Shown here in pieces: positions 37,506-41,823 of a DNA stretch of 41,823 nucleotides (its first letter is position 1; each line of letters opens with the position of its first letter). The notes below the pieces were generated by a model that was not told the DNA's origin, searched no databases, and saw only the letters and a list, made by a program, of their open reading frames with translations. The DNA lies in the NCBI GenBank assembly GCA_947168625.1, contig CAMVMQ010000003.1, positions 1 through 41,823 of the forward strand. Direction: 5' to 3'. The stretch comes from an uncultured Bacillales bacterium. Its GTDB lineage: Bacteria > Bacillota_I > Bacilli_A > RF39 > UBA660. The position numbers were made by a program, and so were the translations under genes.

Positions 37506-38200
37506 ATAATACTATTAATAATATAGGTACTTGCAAGAATACCAGCTACTGATGGTACCATTATCATTGAAGCAATAACTGTTTTATCGCTTTCTACTGG
37601 TTCTTCTTTTGAACATATACACATTACTTTACTATTTATTTTTTCATCTTTTACATATTTTCTTAAAGCCTTAGCTATCGGATCATAGCTAGTTTTAGAT
37701 AGAGGCATAATTTCAACTTTTTTAGGATCTAGTTTTCTTCCCATACCACAAACAGTAATTAAATTTGTCCCTTTTTCATAACATTTTTTAATTAATAATT
37801 TTTTTACAATCATTGTATCACATGCATCAATAATATAGTCATAGTTTTCACTAAAAAGAATATCAATATTTTCAGCATCTATCTTTTTATTAATTATTTT
37901 TACTTTAACATTATTATTAATTGATGATATTCTTTTTTTCCATTCATCTGTCTTTGATTTACCTATATTACTATTTAAACTAATTATCTGCCTGTTTAAA
38001 TTTGTAATATCAATAGTATCAAAGTCCACTATTGTAAAGTTCTCTACTCCGCTTCTTACAAGAGTTTCAAGGGCATATCCCCCTACCCCTCCTAGTCCAA
38101 TAATTAAAATATTGCTATTTTTTAATTTAAAATAATTTTCTTCACCAATTAAACTTATCTCTCGGTTAAATATTTTTTTTGTATCCATATTTTTCAACAT
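37490..38200 (-). CDS. tcdA: tRNA threonylcarbamoyladenosine dehydratase (ThiF family)
   Basis: GLGGVGG, TNLNRQ, DYIIDACD, KLDP and T.YDPIAK motifs (alt start 38188). Confidence 0.92.
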   Translation of the reverse strand: MLKNMDTKKIFNREISLIGEENYFKLKNSNILIIGLGGVGGYALETLVRSGVENFTIVDFDTIDITNLNRQIISLNSNIGKSKTDEWKKRISSINNNVKVKIINKKIDAENIDILFSENYDYIIDACDTMIVKKLLIKKCYEKGTNLITVCGMGRKLDPKKVEIMPLSKTSYDPIAKALRKYVKDEKINSKVMCICSKEEPVESDKTVIASMIMVPSVAGILASTYIINSIIKASK

Positions 38201-38675
38201 TTTCCTTAAATCTTTTTGTCAATTCTATAATCTCATTCTCTGAAAGTTCATCTTTCCCTAGAATTATACTCTTAATATTATCAATAAATAAATAATAATC
38301 ATAATCAGTTTCAATAACTTTTTTTAAACTCTTATAATCAATATATTCATCTTTTTCTGAAGTTAATTTAAAGTTATTTTTCTTAAGTTCATACTTAATC
38401 TCTGTATTTAATATACTATCCTTTCTCCTTTTGATTTTTTTTAAATTAAAATAAGGTAAAAAGGAAGAATTTAATTCTAAAACACCAATTAATGCAAAAG
38501 CAAAAGAAATATAATCTGTAATTACTCTCTTATCCTTAGTAAAAAAGTTAATAATAATTATTAAAATCAAAATATTTAGAATAATTCTTGGTATTTTAAC
38601 TTTATCAAAAAAATAATATTTTAAAAATCTTTTTATTCTTTCTTCAGTATATTTTGTTGTTGTCTTAATTATCAC
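38166..38675 (-). CDS. YcxB-like membrane protein
   Basis: GGAGG RBS with GTG start; two TMs then Y..LKKVIET..YYYLFI pattern. Confidence 0.7.
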   Translation of the reverse strand: MIIKTTTKYTEERIKRFLKYYFFDKVKIPRIILNILILIIIINFFTKDKRVITDYISFAFALIGVLELNSSFLPYFNLKKIKRRKDSILNTEIKYELKKNNFKLTSEKDEYIDYKSLKKVIETDYDYYLFIDNIKSIILGKDELSENEIIELTKRFKENVEKYGYKKNI

Positions 38676-38699
38676 TTTTATTACCTCCTACGTAAAAAA

Positions 38700-38878
38700 A
38701 AGACCCAGATGGACCGACTCTGTAAGATAAAACCCGCGGCGTACGTCACAGGTGGGTCAGCACAGTAATTTAATTAGGATCCCAATCAATGAAAGGCTTT
38801 CAACACATAAACTACATTAGCTCCCCGATTAATATCTTTAGTCGGTTTTATACTAAAGATGTCGTATCCTCTAGGTAC
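38700..38878 (-). ncRNA. ssrS: 6S RNA
   Basis: GC-richer ~180-nt island. 5' ACCUAGAGGAUACGAC pairs with 3' GUCGGUCCAUCUGGGU. Contains GGGAGC and ACCCACCUG...GCGGGUU segments typical of Firmicutes 6S. Promoter TTGTAA-N17-TATAAT with TG extension (38883-38911) and a U-tail. Synteny near tcdA/rarA as in B. subtilis. Confidence 0.88.
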
Positions 38879-38980
38879 TTTAATTATAGCATACTATTTA
38901 GTTAGTTACAAGTACTTTTACTATGTTTAAAAATTTATTTTCTTATCAATTAAATTTATTCAGCTACATATTAATATGCT

Positions 38981-40405
38981 TTATTCTTTATGTTTTCTTT
39001 TAACTAAAGTATATTTCTTAGTATCACTAATTGTGTCAGAAGTAATGATTAATTCAGAATATATATTAGGATTTGCCGCAATCTCAAATGATGCATTTAA
39101 TAATACATTTTCAATTAATTCACTGATATCAGAAATAGATAATTTATTTTTACATGCATAATCAGCTAAAATATTAATTACATTGTCATTTATAGTTAAT
39201 TTAATATCTAAATTATTAAAGAAATCAGTATTATTAATAATACCAGCAGTATCTCTATTTATCAAGATATTCTGATAATCTTGTAAAATAGGTTCATTCA
39301 TTTGAATAATCATACTGAAATTATCAAATAATCCATCTAACATTCCTATCTTATATTTTTCATTATTTTTCTTTTCAGGATCGATTACGTGTGAAAAGCC
39401 ATTTACTTTAATATTGTTAATTTCTTCATTTTCAAAATTACCCATACCTATTATCATCATTTTACTTGTATCAAAGTATGTCTTTCTATGTTTACTATGA
39501 TTTAAAACAATCGTTTCACCTCTAAGTATTTTAGCAAGGTTATATTGAGCATCAGCAAAAGATGCTGTACTTAAATCAGTAAGAGCTAGTTTATCAATAT
39601 TATCTATTACTAAAATAGTGTTTTCAGCTAATTGTAAATCATAATTACTCTTTTCCAATAAATTTTTAAGTATTTCTTCAATATTAGTTATTTCATAATT
39701 TTCAACTGCACTGACAAAATGATAAGGAATGTTAGCTTTTTCACAAATACTTTTAATAATCTCCTTTTTAGGAGTTATTTCACTACCATTGATAAATATA
39801 TGATACGATTTATCACTATGGTAATGTTTCCAAATAGCAATTAATATTTCTTTAGAAGCTTCTTTATTAGTAAATGATTTTTCTAATAAATCAGAAATAT
39901 ATTTAATATCTAGATTTAATTTACCGCTTGCTTTTTTTAGTAAATCAATTATATCTTTAGCTTTAGGAAACATCTTTATATAATAATTTAACAACTCATC
40001 TTCACATAAAATATTAATATTATTATCATCTATTGATTGTATTCCTACTATAGGATTATTACTTTTATCTTTAGCATAAATGTAATAATACTTTTGAAGA
40101 TCCTTTAGAATTTTCTTTTCTTGCAAAACTAATGGTATAAATCTATTATTTTTTACAGTTTCAGTAATTGTTTTAGAATAAGCAAAGCCAAATTCTTCAG
40201 GCCCTTTAATAAGATGATTAAACGTAAAATTATTACATATAAAATTAAGATTTTCTTCATCTAATTTACCCTTTACGATACCTACTGGTAAATATACTTT
40301 AGAGTTGTTTTGTTCTTGACATGCTTTAAAAATAACAGCAAGTTCTTCATCTTTCTCTATCACAACTTTAGAAATAATATTTTGAATACTTTTATTTATA
40401 TTCAT
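38981..40405 (-). CDS. Degenerate ClpX-like AAA+ protein (Walker motifs lost)
   Basis: ClpX-like segments (EEILKNLL...YDL..AEN.IL.IDNIDK, Q..L.KIL.G, DTS.M.IIG.GNF). GGAGG RBS gives a start at 40405. Confidence 0.75.
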   Translation of the reverse strand: MNINKSIQNIISKVVIEKDEELAVIFKACQEQNNSKVYLPVGIVKGKLDEENLNFICNNFTFNHLIKGPEEFGFAYSKTITETVKNNRFIPLVLQEKKILKDLQKYYYIYAKDKSNNPIVGIQSIDDNNINILCEDELLNYYIKMFPKAKDIIDLLKKASGKLNLDIKYISDLLEKSFTNKEASKEILIAIWKHYHSDKSYHIFINGSEITPKKEIIKSICEKANIPYHFVSAVENYEITNIEEILKNLLEKSNYDLQLAENTILVIDNIDKLALTDLSTASFADAQYNLAKILRGETIVLNHSKHRKTYFDTSKMMIIGMGNFENEEINNIKVNGFSHVIDPEKKNNEKYKIGMLDGLFDNFSMIIQMNEPILQDYQNILINRDTAGIINNTDFFNNLDIKLTINDNVINILADYACKNKLSISDISELIENVLLNASFEIAANPNIYSELIITSDTISDTKKYTLVKRKHKE

Positions 40406-40424
40406 AACCAAAACCTCCAAGTTA

Positions 40425-41804
40425 TTAATATTCACAAGATCCTGGTGTTCTTGGGAAAGGTATTACATCACGAATATTATCTACTCCTGTTAGATAAATA
40501 AGTAGTCTTTCAAAGCCCATACCAAATCCAGAATGATAGCAGCCACCAAATCTTCTTAAATTTAAAAACCATTCAATAGGTTCAGTATCTACACCTAAAT
40601 CTCTACATCTATCTCTTAATAAGTTAATATCTGTCTCTCTTTCGCTGCCTCCCATTAATTCTCCTGCTCCAGGAACCTCTAAGTCAACAGCAGCAACAGT
40701 TTTGCCATCATCATTTAATTTCATATACCAAGCTTTAATATCTTTAGGCCAATCATATACAAAGACAGGACCATCAAAATATTCAGTTAAATATTTTTCA
40801 TGTTCTTTAGCAATATCTTCTTCATAACTAGGTTCAAATTCCCATTTAATATTAGCTTTCTTCAAAATATCAATAGCCTCTTGGTGAGTAACTCTATTAA
40901 AGTCAGATTTTACTAATTTTTCTAATTTATCTTTTAATGTATTATCAACAAAATTATTTAAAAATTCTATTTCATCTGGGCATCTATCTAAAACAAATTT
41001 TACAATATATTTAAGCATATCCTCTTCAATATTCATTAAATCGTGAATATTACAAAAGGCAATTTCAGGCTCAATCATCCAAAATTCATTTGCATGGGTT
41101 TTAGTATTTGATTTTTCAGTTCTAAATGTTGGACCAAAAGTATAAATCTTATTAAAAGCCATAGCAAAAGTTTCACCATGTAACTGTCCACTACCAGTAA
41201 TATATGTTTTTTTGCCAAATAAATCTTCCTTAAAATTACATTTCCCATCTTCCGTTGGTAAATTATCCATATCTAAGGTTGTTACCTTAAACATTTGATC
41301 TGATCCCTCACAGTCAGCAGTTGTAAGAAGTGGTGTATGTACATAAATATAGCCATTATCTTGAAAATAAGAGTGAATAGCATGAGCTGCTACACTACGA
41401 ATTCTAAATACAGCTTGAAATAAATTAGTTCTAGGTCTTAAATAAGCAATATCTCTTAAAAATTCTCTCGTAGGTCTACCTTTAGGTTGTAAAGGATAAT
41501 CATCTGATACATCTCCTAATAGTTTAAGACTAGAAGCTTTAACTTCGTAATCTTGTCCTTGACCTTGAGATTCTATTAGAGTACCTACTACTTCAATAGC
41601 AGAACCAAATTTAAAACTATCTACTTCTGCATAGTTACTTATATTATTATCATATACTACTTGAATATGTTTAAAACATGTTCCATCAGAGAAGTCAATA
41701 AAGCCAAAATCTTTTTGTTTTCTTTGACTTCTAATCCATCCCTTTAGTGTTATTTCTTTATTCAAATATTTTTTAGGTTCTTTGTATAATTCATTTAAAA
41801 ACAT
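40425..41804 (-). CDS. asnS: Asparagine--tRNA ligase
   Basis: GWIRS.R, FSDGT, YLRPRTN, GQL..E, YTFGPTFR.E.SNT..H..EFWM.EPE, GGSERE, GFGMGFER and IPFPRTP motifs. Confidence 0.97.
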   Translation of the reverse strand: MFLNELYKEPKKYLNKEITLKGWIRSQRKQKDFGFIDFSDGTCFKHIQVVYDNNISNYAEVDSFKFGSAIEVVGTLIESQGQGQDYEVKASSLKLLGDVSDDYPLQPKGRPTREFLRDIAYLRPRTNLFQAVFRIRSVAAHAIHSYFQDNGYIYVHTPLLTTADCEGSDQMFKVTTLDMDNLPTEDGKCNFKEDLFGKKTYITGSGQLHGETFAMAFNKIYTFGPTFRTEKSNTKTHANEFWMIEPEIAFCNIHDLMNIEEDMLKYIVKFVLDRCPDEIEFLNNFVDNTLKDKLEKLVKSDFNRVTHQEAIDILKKANIKWEFEPSYEEDIAKEHEKYLTEYFDGPVFVYDWPKDIKAWYMKLNDDGKTVAAVDLEVPGAGELMGGSERETDINLLRDRCRDLGVDTEPIEWFLNLRRFGGCYHSGFGMGFERLLIYLTGVDNIRDVIPFPRTPGSCEY

Positions 41805-41823
41805 TATTATCATCCTTTCTAAT

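Noticed and set aside
257-40501. Short antisense or nested ORFs in the six-frame track (e.g. 257-532, 1093-1428, 6470-6688, 17740-18036, 23340-23618, 30652-30954)
   Set aside because: They overlap well-supported genes, lack an evident RBS, and have the F/L/I/S-rich composition expected from reverse frames of AT-rich genes.

Overview
Very AT-rich chromosomal segment of a low-GC Bacillota (Bacilli), translated with the standard code 11. Gene style suggests a reduced, uncultured gut lineage of the RF39/Mollicutes-related type; this is inference only. Content is mostly housekeeping: rbgA, deoD, ymfF/ymfH, class III ribonucleotide reductase, rodA, lgt, rimM/trmD, clpB, thyA-folA-tmk, nusB-xseAB, mnmA, pgm, xerD, rarA, tcdA and asnS. 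Sporulation genes (cotY/Z, yqfC/yqfD, spoIVB, spoIIM) and lineage-specific orphans are interspersed. Features missing from the ORF track: tRNA-Thr(CGU), a 6S RNA, a dif site at 33529-33556 where gene orientation flips (replication terminus), a CIRCE operator, a LexA box and three small ORFs. Most notable findings: (1) NrdD appears naturally split, with its glycyl-radical domain encoded as a separate 59-aa gene; (2) a ClpX-like AAA+ protein has lost its catalytic motifs; (3) an SOS-box promoter may drive a 21-aa hydrophobic peptide; (4) ThyA carries two large insertions. No prophage, IS element or CRISPR array was seen.
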